Below, one piece after another: positions 9,551 through 19,307 of a stretch of DNA of 64,000 nt (the first letter of the stretch is position 1; the number at the start of each line of letters is the position of its first letter). The notes under the pieces were generated by a model that saw only the letters and a list, made by a program, of their open reading frames with translations, had not been told where the DNA came from and searched no databases. Both the position numbers and the translations under genes were made by a program. The stretch is from Bradyrhizobium sp. (lineage in GTDB: Bacteria; Pseudomonadota; Alphaproteobacteria; Rhizobiales; Xanthobacteraceae): positions 1,032 to 65,031 of the forward strand of contig NZ_DAIDJE010000175.1 of assembly GCF_027451485.1 (NCBI RefSeq). Direction: 5' to 3'.

Positions 9551-10390
9551 TTAGAGCATGGGCAGGCTCCGCGGCCTCGGTCCGCGCGGGAATGCGCTTT
9601 CGAGCGCCGAAATGTCTTCCTTGCTGAGCAGGAGATCGCCAGCCGCCGCATTCTCTGCGGCGTGTTCCAAACTCGATGCTTTCGGGATTGGAAACACGTT
9701 CGCCTCGCGCCCCAGAAAGGCCAGCGCTATCTGGCGCGCGGAGGCGCCATGGCGCTTGGCGATCGTCTGCAACGCCGCGCCGCCTTTGCTGCGCTGATCC
9801 GGAAACTCGTTATGGCCGAACGGCGAATAGGCGACCACCGCAACGCCGTGCTTCTCACACCAAGGGACCACCGCATGCTCGATCGCGCGTTCCTGCAAGT
9901 GATAGAGCACCTGGTTGCAGGCAATCTTGCCTTCGCCTGCAACTTCGAGAAGCTCGTCAAGATCCTCGGCATCGAAATTGGAGACACCCCAGGAGCGGAT
10001 CTTTCCAGCCTGGACCAACTGCTCGAACGCATCGACGGTTTCCGACAACGGAAAGCTGCCGCGCCAGTGCAACAGATAGCAGTCGAGCCGGTCGGTCTTG
10101 AGCCGCGCCAGTGAACGTTCGCACGCCGCAATCGTGCCGCGGCGCGAGGCGTTGCTGGGCAGCACTTTGGAGACCAGATAGGTTTCGTCCCGCCGCCCGG
10201 CGATCGCCTCCGCAACGACGATCTCCGCATCGCCATACATTTCCGCGGTATCGATATGGGTCATGCCGAGATCGAGGCCGCGGCGGAGCGCGGCGACCGC
10301 CGCCTTACGATCGCCGCGATCGATGTACCAGGTGCCCTGCCCGATGACTGATACGTCGTGACCGGTCGAGCCGAACTTCTTGTGCCTCAT
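9551..10390 (-). CDS. Aldo/keto reductase
   Basis: Trimmed to ATG 10390 (MRHKKFGSTGHDVSVIGQGTW), which clears the nasC stop at 10446. AKR motifs HIDTAEMYG, LDCYLLHW, GVSNF. Confidence 0.85.
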   Translation of the reverse strand: MRHKKFGSTGHDVSVIGQGTWYIDRGDRKAAVAALRRGLDLGMTHIDTAEMYGDAEIVVAEAIAGRRDETYLVSKVLPSNASRRGTIAACERSLARLKTDRLDCYLLHWRGSFPLSETVDAFEQLVQAGKIRSWGVSNFDAEDLDELLEVAGEGKIACNQVLYHLQERAIEHAVVPWCEKHGVAVVAYSPFGHNEFPDQRSKGGAALQTIAKRHGASARQIALAFLGREANVFPIPKASSLEHAAENAAAGDLLLSKEDISALESAFPRGPRPRSLPML

Positions 10391-10445
10391 GAAAGCCTCT
10401 ATGGTGCGGGGAACGCAGCATAGAGGAGAGAGCTTCCGGGGTCGA

Positions 10446-13148
10446 TCAACTTGCTTCGGCAAGCTTCCCGTGCTTGTGGCCGATTCCCGATTGCGCAATC
10501 AGGCGCTTCAATTCGGGAATGCACGAGCCGCAATTGGTGCCGGCCTTGAGCCGCGCGCCGATTTCGGCCGCCGAGCCCGCGCCGGCCGCGATTGTCTCGC
10601 TGATCGTGGTGCGCCCCACACCAAAACAGGCACAGACGATCGGCCCCGTGCTTGCAAGGCCCTGCACCGGCTTGCCGGACAGCAGCAATCGCCTTTGCTC
10701 GTCAGTCAAGGCGGCGACCGCAAAGAGCTCTTTCGCGACTTCCCAGTCGCCGGCGTCACGCGCCGGCCCGAGAAATAGACAGGTCTCAATCGCGCCATCC
10801 GCGAAGGAGGCCGCACGATAGACGCCATCGCCGAAATCGCTGTATTCGGCAAGTTCGTCGCCCGCGACGGAACGCAGCCACGACGACCAGTCTTTCAGGT
10901 CAGCATTATCGGCAATGAGATAACCCAGTCCGCCACCGATCGCGGCGCGCGCCCACCAGGCGTGGTCGGGCAGGCTGAGTGGCTTGCGTGACAACGCGAA
11001 GCCGCGGAATACGTAGTTATAAGGCGCGATCGAAGCCGGCGTCGCCTTGGCTTCCGGCTGGCCGGAGAACGGATCGGTCAATGGCGCAACCAGCGCGCCA
11101 ACCCGCGCCGCCGACGCATTGGCTTGGCTCCAGTGGATCGGTGCGAATAGCATACCGCGCTGTTGCTTCGCGGTGACCACGACCTTGAGCGTGCATTGGC
11201 CGTGATCTGTGGTGATCCGGGCAAAGGACCCGTCCGCCAGACCATATCGAGCGGCATCGTCCGGATGGACCTCGACAAAGGGTTCCGGCAGGTGCGAACC
11301 CAACCGCGCGCTCGTGCCGGTGCGCGTCATCGTATGCCATTGATCGCGGATACGCCCGGTGTTGAGGCGGAGCGGACGCCCTTCATGGATCTCGGTCCGC
11401 AGCATCGGCGGTTCAGGCGCGACGAAGCGAGCCTTGCGGTCGCCTGTGAAGAATTCGCCGCCGGCAAAGAATCGCTGCTGACCGGTCTCGCCGGCGCGCT
11501 GCGGCCACAACATTGGCGTCAACGCGCCAAAGGCCTCGTCGCTGACATCACTCAAAGCCCCGATATCGAAATCGCGGCTGCCATTGTTTTCGAAGGCCGA
11601 GAGTGCGGCATGTTCGCGGAAAATCGCCGCCGCCGAACCATAATCGAATGCCGCGCCGAAACCGAGGCGCTTGGCGATCTCACTGACGATCCACCAGTCC
11701 GGACGCGCCTCGCCGGGCACCGGGAGGAACGCGCGCTGACGCGAGATGCGCCGCTCGGAATTGGTGACGGTGCCGGACTTCTCGCCCCAGGCAAGCGCCG
11801 GGAAAAGCACATGCGGACCGGCGGCGACGGTGTCGTTCGAGAGAACATTTTCGGAGATCACCAACAGTTCGAGCTTCCTCAATGCGCGACGCGCGGCATC
11901 CGCCTCCGGCAACGACACCGCGGGGTTGGTGCCCATCACCCAAAGCGCCTTGATCTCACCGCGGCCGATCGCCTCGAACATCTGGACTGCCTTCAGCCCT
12001 TCATGGGTGGCGATCCGCGGTGCTTGCCAAAAGCGGCGCACGCGATCGATCTCCGGCGGCGTGAAGTTCATGTGCGCGGCGAGTTGATTGGCGAGCCCGC
12101 CGACCTCGCGCCCGCCCATCGCATTCGGCTGGCCGGTGAGCGAAAACGGCGAAGCGCCGATCTTGCCGATCCGACCGGTGGCGAGGTGGCAGTTCAGGAT
12201 GGCATTGACTTTGTCGGTGCCCTGCGCTGACTGGTTGACGCCTTGCGAATAAAGCGTGACGACGCGCGGCGTCGCGGCAAACAGCCGAAAGAACGCTGCG
12301 ACTTCCTGCTCGGAGAGGCCGGTTGCCAGCGCGGTTGCCGTCACGCCGCCCGCCAGGCCGCGGGCGTGCGCAAGCGCTTCGTCGAATCCCGAGGTGTGGT
12401 GCTCGATGTAATCGCAATCGAGCACATTGTTTTCGGCGAGATGCACCAACAATCCGGCAAACAGCGCGGCGTCGGTACCGGGCTTCACGCCCAGAAACAG
12501 GTCGGCGGCTTCCGCCGTATCGGTCTTGCGCGGATCGATGACGACAATCTGCGCGCCGCGCTGCTGCTTGTTTGCCATCATGCGCTGGAACAGGATCGGA
12601 TGACACCAGGCGGCATTGGATCCGACCAGCACCAAAAGATCCGCCTCGTCGAGGTCCTCGTAGGTTCCAGGCACCGTGTCGGCGCCGAATGCGCGGCGGT
12701 GCCCGGCCACGGAAGAGGCCATGCATAGCCGCGAATTGGTATCGACGTTGGGGCTGCCGATGAATCCCTTCATCAGCTTGTTGGCGACATAATAGTCCTC
12801 GGTCAGCAGCTGCCCCGACAGATAGAACGCCACCGCACCGGGACCATCGCGCGCGACAATATGAGCAAGGCGGTGCGCAACATTGTCGAGCGCGTCGGTC
12901 CAGGCGATCCGCTCCATCGCACCGTTGCTGCAACGGATCATCGGATAGAGCAGACGATTTTCAAGGCCGAGCGTCTCGCCCAGCGCCGAGCCCTTCGAGC
13001 ACAGACGGCCGAAATTGGCCGGGTGCGCGGGATCGCCGGAAATCGCGGCGGCGCCGCTTCCGTCCGGCGTGGCCAGCACGCCGCAGCCGACGCCGCAATA
13101 GGGACAGGTGGTGGAAATTGCCCGCAGCGCGGGATCGACCGAGGTCAT
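10446..13148 (-). CDS. nasC: Assimilatory nitrate reductase catalytic subunit (Mo-bisMGD, N-terminal 4Fe-4S, C-terminal BFD-like 2Fe-2S)
   Basis: Trimmed to ATG 13148 (MTSVDPALRAISTTCPYCGVGCGV). Molybdopterin oxidoreductase body. The C-terminus has CACFGV...CGSCIPEL (BFD-like). Confidence 0.9.
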   Translation of the reverse strand: MTSVDPALRAISTTCPYCGVGCGVLATPDGSGAAAISGDPAHPANFGRLCSKGSALGETLGLENRLLYPMIRCSNGAMERIAWTDALDNVAHRLAHIVARDGPGAVAFYLSGQLLTEDYYVANKLMKGFIGSPNVDTNSRLCMASSVAGHRRAFGADTVPGTYEDLDEADLLVLVGSNAAWCHPILFQRMMANKQQRGAQIVVIDPRKTDTAEAADLFLGVKPGTDAALFAGLLVHLAENNVLDCDYIEHHTSGFDEALAHARGLAGGVTATALATGLSEQEVAAFFRLFAATPRVVTLYSQGVNQSAQGTDKVNAILNCHLATGRIGKIGASPFSLTGQPNAMGGREVGGLANQLAAHMNFTPPEIDRVRRFWQAPRIATHEGLKAVQMFEAIGRGEIKALWVMGTNPAVSLPEADAARRALRKLELLVISENVLSNDTVAAGPHVLFPALAWGEKSGTVTNSERRISRQRAFLPVPGEARPDWWIVSEIAKRLGFGAAFDYGSAAAIFREHAALSAFENNGSRDFDIGALSDVSDEAFGALTPMLWPQRAGETGQQRFFAGGEFFTGDRKARFVAPEPPMLRTEIHEGRPLRLNTGRIRDQWHTMTRTGTSARLGSHLPEPFVEVHPDDAARYGLADGSFARITTDHGQCTLKVVVTAKQQRGMLFAPIHWSQANASAARVGALVAPLTDPFSGQPEAKATPASIAPYNYVFRGFALSRKPLSLPDHAWWARAAIGGGLGYLIADNADLKDWSSWLRSVAGDELAEYSDFGDGVYRAASFADGAIETCLFLGPARDAGDWEVAKELFAVAALTDEQRRLLLSGKPVQGLASTGPIVCACFGVGRTTISETIAAGAGSAAEIGARLKAGTNCGSCIPELKRLIAQSGIGHKHGKLAEAS

Positions 13149-13161
13149 GGCACTTGTTCGA

Positions 13162-14379
13162 TCATGCGGCAGCAGCCAAGCTTGCCGCGGCACGGCCGAA
13201 CATCATGTCTCTACGGACGCCTGCAATATTTTCGCGATTACGGATCAGTTCGAGGTACCAGCGTCCATCAGCCGTATCGCCGACCAGCACTGCGCCGGCG
13301 AGCCGGCCGTTCTCGATCACGAGTTTCTTGTAGGTACCGCGCCTGACATCGCTGAACACGATCGCTTCGCTCCGGTCCGTCGCTAAAAACTCGCCTGCGG
13401 AAAACACGTTGACGCCGGATACCTTGAGATTGGTGGCCACCACGCTGCCCTGATAGGCGGCGCTGCGTCCGGCCAGATGCTGCGCCAGCGCCTTCGCCTG
13501 CTCGTAGGCCGGCTCGACCAGGCCATAACAGATGCCGCGGTGTTCGGCGCATTCGCCGAGCGCAAAGATGTCATCGGTGCCGGTCTGAAGCCGGTCGTCG
13601 ACGACGATGCCGCGATTGACCGCAATGCCCGCCTCTTTCGCCAGCGCGACATTCGGACGGATGCCGGCGGCGAAGATTACCGCATCGGCATCGATCTGGC
13701 GCCCATCGGCAAGTTCGACGGCTTCTGCGCGGCTCTGCCCGAGGATGCGGGCCGTGTTCGCGTTGAGTAGAACGTCGATGCCTTTTTTCTCGACCAGCGA
13801 CTTAAGAAGCGCTGCCGCCGGCGCATCGAGCTGGCGCTCCATCAGCCGATCCATCAGGTGAAGCAGCGTGACCGGAGCGCCCGCCTTGGCAACGCCGTAC
13901 GCCGCTTCGAGGCCGAGCAGGCCGCCGCCGATGACGACCACACGCTTTTTCGCCGCCGCCAGCGCCAGCAACAGGTCGACGTCGCGGCTGTCGCGGAACG
14001 AGCTCACGCCGGAAAGCCCGGCGCCGGGCACGTCGAGGCGGAGCGGCGAGGATCCCGTTGCGAGCACCAGTTTTGAAAAGCCGACGCTCTCCTCGCCTGC
14101 GATCTTGAGCTCGCGGCGGCCGACGTCGATTTCACTGACGGCACAGCCATATTTCAACGTCACGCCGCGATCCCGCCACCAGCTCGCGGGCCTCAGCTCG
14201 ATTTCGTGGGAAGCCGTTTCGCCCGCGAGCACCGAGGAGAGCAGAACACGGTTATAGGCAAGCCTCGGCTCGTCGCCGATGACGGCTATCGCATAGCGTC
14301 CGAGCGCGACCCTGGCGAGTTCGTCGACCAGGCGGGCCGCGGCCATCCCGTTGCCGACGATGACGAGAGATTCGCTCAC
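13162..14379 (-). CDS. flp: FAD-dependent NAD(P)H oxidoreductase (NirB N-terminal-half-like; Flp)
   Basis: I prefer GTG 14379 (VSESLVIVGNGMAAARL) because AGGAG lies 7 nt upstream and it avoids overlap with the bjgb stop at 14390. Two dinucleotide-binding motifs (VGNGMAA, VIGGGLLGLE). Confidence 0.8.
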   Translation of the reverse strand: MSESLVIVGNGMAAARLVDELARVALGRYAIAVIGDEPRLAYNRVLLSSVLAGETASHEIELRPASWWRDRGVTLKYGCAVSEIDVGRRELKIAGEESVGFSKLVLATGSSPLRLDVPGAGLSGVSSFRDSRDVDLLLALAAAKKRVVVIGGGLLGLEAAYGVAKAGAPVTLLHLMDRLMERQLDAPAAALLKSLVEKKGIDVLLNANTARILGQSRAEAVELADGRQIDADAVIFAAGIRPNVALAKEAGIAVNRGIVVDDRLQTGTDDIFALGECAEHRGICYGLVEPAYEQAKALAQHLAGRSAAYQGSVVATNLKVSGVNVFSAGEFLATDRSEAIVFSDVRRGTYKKLVIENGRLAGAVLVGDTADGRWYLELIRNRENIAGVRRDMMFGRAAASLAAAA

Positions 14380-14389
14380 CTTCTTGCTC

Positions 14390-14815
14390 CTATTCGGCCG
14401 CCAGAGGCGTGCCATAGGCTTCGGAGGTCATGAAACCGGACAGCGTGCCGTAGGCCGTGGTCCACGCCGCCGCCACTTCAGATGTCCACTCCTCGCCAAG
14501 TCCCTTTTCCAGTGCCCACAGCAAGGCGGCACCTACCACGGGATAGTGCTCCGGCTTTGCGCCATAGCCGACGTGGCGTTTTGCCAGCGCGCTCGTCACC
14601 GGCAGAATCGAGGAGAGATCGCTCAGACCGTTGACCACGACCGCGAGCGTCGCCATCAACTTCTTCCTTTGTTCGGTCATGTCGGCGGGAAACATCGCCT
14701 TGACCTGCGGCGCGACCTCGAACAGGCGGTCGTAAAAGATGGCCGCCGCTTGATCGGAGATCGGCGCTACTTTCGAGAAGCTCTGCTGCACCAGTTTGAC
14801 TTGATCGGGTGTCAT
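14390..14815 (-). CDS. bjgb: Single-domain haemoglobin (Bjgb-type globin)
   Basis: 141 aa, MTPDQVKLVQQSFSKVAPI...FYDRLFEVAPQVKAMF...HVGYG. Globin fold signature. Sits between narK and flp as in Bradyrhizobium. AGGAGAAAG SD. Confidence 0.85.
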   Translation of the reverse strand: MTPDQVKLVQQSFSKVAPISDQAAAIFYDRLFEVAPQVKAMFPADMTEQRKKLMATLAVVVNGLSDLSSILPVTSALAKRHVGYGAKPEHYPVVGAALLWALEKGLGEEWTSEVAAAWTTAYGTLSGFMTSEAYGTPLAAE

Positions 14816-14909
14816 ATCTTTCTCCTGCCTGTTGCTTCTGCCGTCATCACGTTCGGTCTGCGGGCCGAGACCGATCTTGAAAGCCGCGCTTGCCCGACGG
14901 CGTCATGCT

Positions 14910-16292
14910 TCAGACGCGCGCTTGAGCAAGGCTCGTTGCACCCGCTTCCGCAGGAGTGCGGCGCAGATAGAACCACCACGTCATGGCGAGGCATATCGCG
15001 TAGAACCCGAGATAGATGACGAGCGCGAACTGCGGACCGCCGGTCATGGCGATCGACTTGCCGAAGCCGCTCGGGATAAAGTAGCCGCCGCAGGCGCCGA
15101 TCGCGCCGATAAAGCCGAGCGCCGCCCCGCTTTCAATGCTCGCGGTCTTGATCGCCAGCGCGCGGCCGGCCTCGCCCTTGCCTTGTGATTTGCGAAGGTT
15201 CTCCTCGCGGAAGATCGACGGGATCATCCGGTAGGTCGATCCGTTGCCGATGCCGGTGGTGACGAACAGGATCAGGAACATCACGAGGAAGCCGGCGAAC
15301 TCCTTGTTGCCGACGAAATAGATGACACCGATGGTGGCGGCGGCCATCGCGATGAAATTCCAGAACGTGATGATCGCGCCGCCGATCTTGTCGGCGAGCA
15401 GACCACCGAGCGGACGCGCGAGCGAACCGACCAACGGCCCGAGGAACGCAATGCCGATGGTGATCGCCGGAAACTGGGTCTTGATCAGCAGCGGAAACGC
15501 CGCCGAGTAGCCGATGAAGGATCCGAACGTTCCGACATAGATGAAGGACATGATCCAGGTGTGCTTGCGCCCGACGATGGCGACCTGGTCCTTGAACGAT
15601 GACTTCGCCGAGGTCAGGTTGTTCATGAAATAAACGGCGCCGAACAGGGCGACGATCAGCGGCAGGACCCACATCAAGCCGGCATTCTGAAGATAGACAC
15701 CCGATACCGGCGTCGCCTGATAGAGATTGATAAGACCGGCTTCCATCAGGATCGGCGTTATCAATTGAACGCTGGAAACGCCGATATTGCCGCCCGCCGC
15801 GTTCAGGCCCAGCGCCCAGCCCTTCATGCGGTCGGGATAGAAGAAGGAGATGTTGGCCATGCTGGAGGCGAAATTGCCGCCGCCAAGGCCGGCAGTCGAT
15901 GCCACCAGCAGCATCAGCCAGAACGGCGTCTCGGGATGGCTGACGAAATAAGCGAGCCCGAAGGTCGGGATAAAGAGCACGGAGGCGGAGAAGATCGTCC
16001 AGTTGCGGCCGCCGAACGTCGTCACCGCAAAGGTATAGGGAAAGCGCATCAGCGAGCCAATCAGGCCCGGAATGGCGACGAGCTGAAACAACTGATCGGT
16101 CGTATAGTGAAAGCCCGCTGCGGGAAGCTTGGTCGCAACGATGCTCCAGATCAGCCACACCGAAAATCCAATGTGCTCGGCCACGATCGACCAGATCAGG
16201 TTGCGGCGCGCGACCGCCTTGCCTTTGGTTTCCCAGAAACTGGGATCTTCGGGTTTCCAGTCTGAAATCCAGGTCGGGTCTTTCGTGCTCAT
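14910..16292 (-). CDS. narK: MFS nitrate/nitrite transporter NarK
   Basis: 460 aa, 12 hydrophobic segments, NarK/NasA-type N-terminus (DWKPEDPSFWETKGKAVARRNL), glycine-rich nitrate-signature-like GGNFASS / GGNIGVS. Confidence 0.88.
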   Translation of the reverse strand: MSTKDPTWISDWKPEDPSFWETKGKAVARRNLIWSIVAEHIGFSVWLIWSIVATKLPAAGFHYTTDQLFQLVAIPGLIGSLMRFPYTFAVTTFGGRNWTIFSASVLFIPTFGLAYFVSHPETPFWLMLLVASTAGLGGGNFASSMANISFFYPDRMKGWALGLNAAGGNIGVSSVQLITPILMEAGLINLYQATPVSGVYLQNAGLMWVLPLIVALFGAVYFMNNLTSAKSSFKDQVAIVGRKHTWIMSFIYVGTFGSFIGYSAAFPLLIKTQFPAITIGIAFLGPLVGSLARPLGGLLADKIGGAIITFWNFIAMAAATIGVIYFVGNKEFAGFLVMFLILFVTTGIGNGSTYRMIPSIFREENLRKSQGKGEAGRALAIKTASIESGAALGFIGAIGACGGYFIPSGFGKSIAMTGGPQFALVIYLGFYAICLAMTWWFYLRRTPAEAGATSLAQARV

Positions 16293-16435
16293 GGAGCTTC
16301 CTTTTGCGTGAAGGGGGCCTGGCGGGTCGCCATCCGAAGGCAGCGCAGCACGTTCCAGGCAAAGCCCGGTTGAACGCCCACTGGTCGGATGAATGGCTTT
16401 TCGGCGACGGCATCGATGGCGTCGGAAAGACGTTA

Positions 16436-16451
16436 TTCAAACCTCGTGCCA
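16436..16451 (-). promoter_or_regulatory. Candidate sigma-54 (-24/-12) promoter for narK operon
   Basis: The minus strand reads TGGCACGAGGTTTGAA. It matches TGGCACG-N4-TTGC with correct spacing except the final C (A here). It lies about 145 nt upstream of the narK ATG. Confidence 0.35.
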
Positions 16452-16540
16452 AGCCGCCGCATCGAGAAAAACGTCATCGTTTTAGACAGTTGCCAGGCTG
16501 GCCGACGATTTTTTCCGGCCGCCGAGCCGCATCCAAAATT

Positions 16541-16571
16541 TGCACCCGCACATTTGTTGTGCGCAGCACAA
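16541..16571. promoter_or_regulatory. GCAC/GTGC-rich element with 15-bp palindrome TTGTGCGCAGCACAA (candidate enhancer/activator site)
   Basis: TGCACCCGCACATTTGTTGTGCGCAGCACAA. The palindrome at 16557-16571 has 6-nt arms and lies about 105-120 nt upstream of the sigma-54-like element, as expected for a bEBP (NtrC-type) UAS. Confidence 0.3.
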
Positions 16572-16951
16572 ACACTGGGCAGATGCGCTTAAAGCAGATG
16601 CGCCTAAATAAAGAGTGGGAGCCGAAGCGGAAGTCATCCGCTGATCGCAGCGTCAGCAGGCCCGTGCGCAGTCTCTACACATGCTAATTGCGACTCGACG
16701 CGGGAGTTCGAGGCGGGTCCCTGTCCTTCCAAAACCGCGGCGTCAGATCGCTTCGCCGCTCAATCGCCAATCAACGACGACTGAGACTCGCTGGCCGAAA
16801 AGCGATCGTCGGGCCGCTGCGCCGGTCCGACGCTCATCAGTATCTCATGATCGAGTGCGGACTGGGCCACGCTACGATGAAAGCGCGCTCACCTACTACG
16901 GCCGAAGACGAACTGGGCGTCTCCCCGCAAACAGAGAGATGAACAAGCTCC

Positions 16952-17863
16952 TCAAGCATCTTCGGTCACCGCCGCCAGCGGCTTCGGCGCAACGCCCTGA
17001 CCCGGCTTGAGGCGGAATTCGTAGGTCATGAGATGCCAGGGTGACGGCGCTGGTTTGCCGTCCGGCATGGTCGGGTCGGTGCGCTTTTCGACCTTGGCGA
17101 TCAATTCGTTCTTGACGCCGAACACGACATCGCTGTCGATGTATTTGTCGCCTTCGACAAAGACATGCGTGACCAGCGGTTCATGGCCGGGCGCATTGAC
17201 CAGGAAGTGCACGTGCGCCGGCCGCATCGGATGACGGTGCAGCGCCAGGATCATCTGTCCGACCGGACCATCAGTCGGGATCGGGTAACTGCAAGGCAAG
17301 ATGGTGCGGAAAAAGAACCGACCGTCGGCGTCGGTGACAAAGCGCCCGCGTGAGGATGGGCCCGCAGTCTCATAATCCGCCTTCTGTGAATCGTACCAGC
17401 CGTCATCGTCTGCATGCCAGATGTCGACTGGAACGTTCGCCAGCGGTTTGCCGTTCAGGTCAGTAACCCGGCCCTGCACGAACATCTTCTCGCCTTCCAG
17501 ATTGGGCGAAACGTCGGTGCCATGCGGCATCACCTTGTGCTCGCCGACATAGAACGGCCCGAGCACGGTGGTCTCGGTCGCGCCTTCGCGCTCGCGATGA
17601 TTGACGGCGTCCACCAGCATCGAGACGCCGAGCACGTCGGAAAGAAGGATGAACTCCTGCCGGCTCGGCGTGCATTTCTGGCCGACACGGGTGAGGAAAT
17701 CGATCGCATATTCCCATTCGGCGAAAGTGAGATCGGTTTTGCGAACGAATTCGTGCAACGATTTCGTCAATTCCTCCATCAGGAATTTCACCCGCGGATT
17801 CTGCACTTCCTCGAAGCTCTTGACGACGGCGGCGGTGAGTTCGGTCTCGTTGAATTGGGGCAT
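16952..17863 (-). CDS. Intradiol ring-cleavage dioxygenase (hydroxyquinol/catechol 1,2-dioxygenase-like)
   Basis: Trimmed to ATG 17863 (MPQFNETELTAAV...). N-terminal catechol-dioxygenase helical domain, then GPFY, GRV.D..G.P, IWHAD, RPAHVHF iron-ligand region. Confidence 0.85.
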   Translation of the reverse strand: MPQFNETELTAAVVKSFEEVQNPRVKFLMEELTKSLHEFVRKTDLTFAEWEYAIDFLTRVGQKCTPSRQEFILLSDVLGVSMLVDAVNHREREGATETTVLGPFYVGEHKVMPHGTDVSPNLEGEKMFVQGRVTDLNGKPLANVPVDIWHADDDGWYDSQKADYETAGPSSRGRFVTDADGRFFFRTILPCSYPIPTDGPVGQMILALHRHPMRPAHVHFLVNAPGHEPLVTHVFVEGDKYIDSDVVFGVKNELIAKVEKRTDPTMPDGKPAPSPWHLMTYEFRLKPGQGVAPKPLAAVTEDA

Positions 17864-17992
17864 TCTTGCTTTGTCCTTGGGGTTATGCCTGTTTGCGAAA
17901 AAGACTACACCACCTGACGGATCAAGGTAAGCAGGACGGGATTGGAATGCCGGTCCGATTTCGGCTATTACCTTTGCAGGAGATGAAATCCG

Positions 17993-19270
17993 ATGGCAGC
18001 CTCGCTTGCTCTCACCTCGCCCGAAGTCGCCGGCATGTCGAAGGGCGTCTTCGACCGGATCGAGAACCATCTACGCGAGCGGTATATCGAGGCCGGCCGA
18101 TTTCCCGGAACCCAGCTTCTGGTCTATCGGCGCGGCCACCTCGTCCACAATTCGTCGCTGGGCTTCGCCGACCTCGAGCGCAAGGTGCCGGTGAAGGACG
18201 ACACGATCTATCGCATCTATTCCATGACCAAGCCGATCACGAGCATCGCCTTCATGATGCTCGTCGAGGAAGGCCGCGTCGCGCTCGATGAGCCCGTTCA
18301 CAAATATATCCCGGAATGGAAGAACCTCGGCGTGTTCCAGGCCGGCGTGTGGCCGGCCTTCCTCACTCGCCAGCCCTCGCGCCCGATGCAGATCGTCGAC
18401 CTGCTGCGGCACACGTCGGGGCTGACCTACGGCTTCCAGCAGCGCGGCAATGTTGACGCGGCCTATCGCGAGCTGAAAATCGGCGAGGTCGAGAAAGCAG
18501 GCACGCTGCAATCCATGATCGCCGACCTTGGCAAGATCCCGCTGGAATTTTCGCCGGGCGAGGCCTGGAATTATTCGGTCTCGACCGACGTGATTGGCTA
18601 CCTGATCGGACTGATCAGCGGCAAGCCGTTCGAGGAGTTCCTCCAGGAGCGCATCTTCGATCCGCTCGAAATGAACGACACCGGCTTCTTCGTCGCGCCG
18701 GAAAAGGCCGACCGCCTGGCGGCCTGTTACTCGGCCAGTCCGCAGGGCGCGATGACTTTTCATGCCGCCGACCGCAAGGGCGGCCTCACCCTTCAGGACG
18801 ATCCTGTGACCTCCTCCTTCCTGGCGCCGCCTTCTTTCATCTCCGGCGGCGGCGGCTTGTGCTCGACTTCGGCCGATTATCTGACCTTCTGCCGCGCGCT
18901 GCTCAATGGCGGCGAGCTCGATGGTATCCGGCTGATCGGGCCGAAGACGCTCGACCTGATGACCTCAAATCATCTACCCGGCGGCAAGACGCTGCCCGAA
19001 CTCTCGCGATCGCTGTTTTCGGAGGCGGCCTATCACGGCATCGGCTTCGGCCTGGGCTTTTCCGTGACCCTCGATCCGGCGCAGACACTGATTGCCGGCA
19101 GCCGCGGCGAATATGCCTGGGGCGGCGCCGCAACGACATCGTTCTGGATCGATCCGGCGGAAGAACTGATCGCCATCTTCATGACCCAGGTGCTGCCATC
19201 GACCGCAACGCCGATTCGGCGCGAGCTGCGCACCATGATCTATTCGGCGATCGCCGACAGCAATATCTAG
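17993..19270 (+). CDS. Serine hydrolase, beta-lactamase/esterase (class C-like) family
   Basis: 425 aa. AGGAG lies 9 nt upstream of ATG 17993. SxxK active-site motif YSMTKPITS. N-terminal SPEVAGMS is typical of the family. Confidence 0.85.
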   Translation: MAASLALTSPEVAGMSKGVFDRIENHLRERYIEAGRFPGTQLLVYRRGHLVHNSSLGFADLERKVPVKDDTIYRIYSMTKPITSIAFMMLVEEGRVALDEPVHKYIPEWKNLGVFQAGVWPAFLTRQPSRPMQIVDLLRHTSGLTYGFQQRGNVDAAYRELKIGEVEKAGTLQSMIADLGKIPLEFSPGEAWNYSVSTDVIGYLIGLISGKPFEEFLQERIFDPLEMNDTGFFVAPEKADRLAACYSASPQGAMTFHAADRKGGLTLQDDPVTSSFLAPPSFISGGGGLCSTSADYLTFCRALLNGGELDGIRLIGPKTLDLMTSNHLPGGKTLPELSRSLFSEAAYHGIGFGLGFSVTLDPAQTLIAGSRGEYAWGGAATTSFWIDPAEELIAIFMTQVLPSTATPIRRELRTMIYSAIADSNI

Positions 19271-19307
19271 CGGATTTTCCGTTTGGGCGATCAGCCCTCA
19301 GGCTCGA

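Noticed and set aside
8419-9651. Long N-terminal extensions of several track ORFs (e.g. 8419..9651, 27571..28374, 3707..5341, 16952..18070, 44593..45555, 51140..51754)
   Set aside because: The extensions are R/P/S-rich, overlap neighbouring genes or repeats, and precede family-typical N-termini with internal start codons and SD-like sequences. The starts were trimmed accordingly.
16557-16571. Palindrome TTGTGCGCAGCACAA as an FNR/FixK box
   Set aside because: FNR/FixK boxes are TTG-N8-CAA (14 bp), and this one is TTG-N9-CAA. I therefore list it only as a generic candidate activator site.
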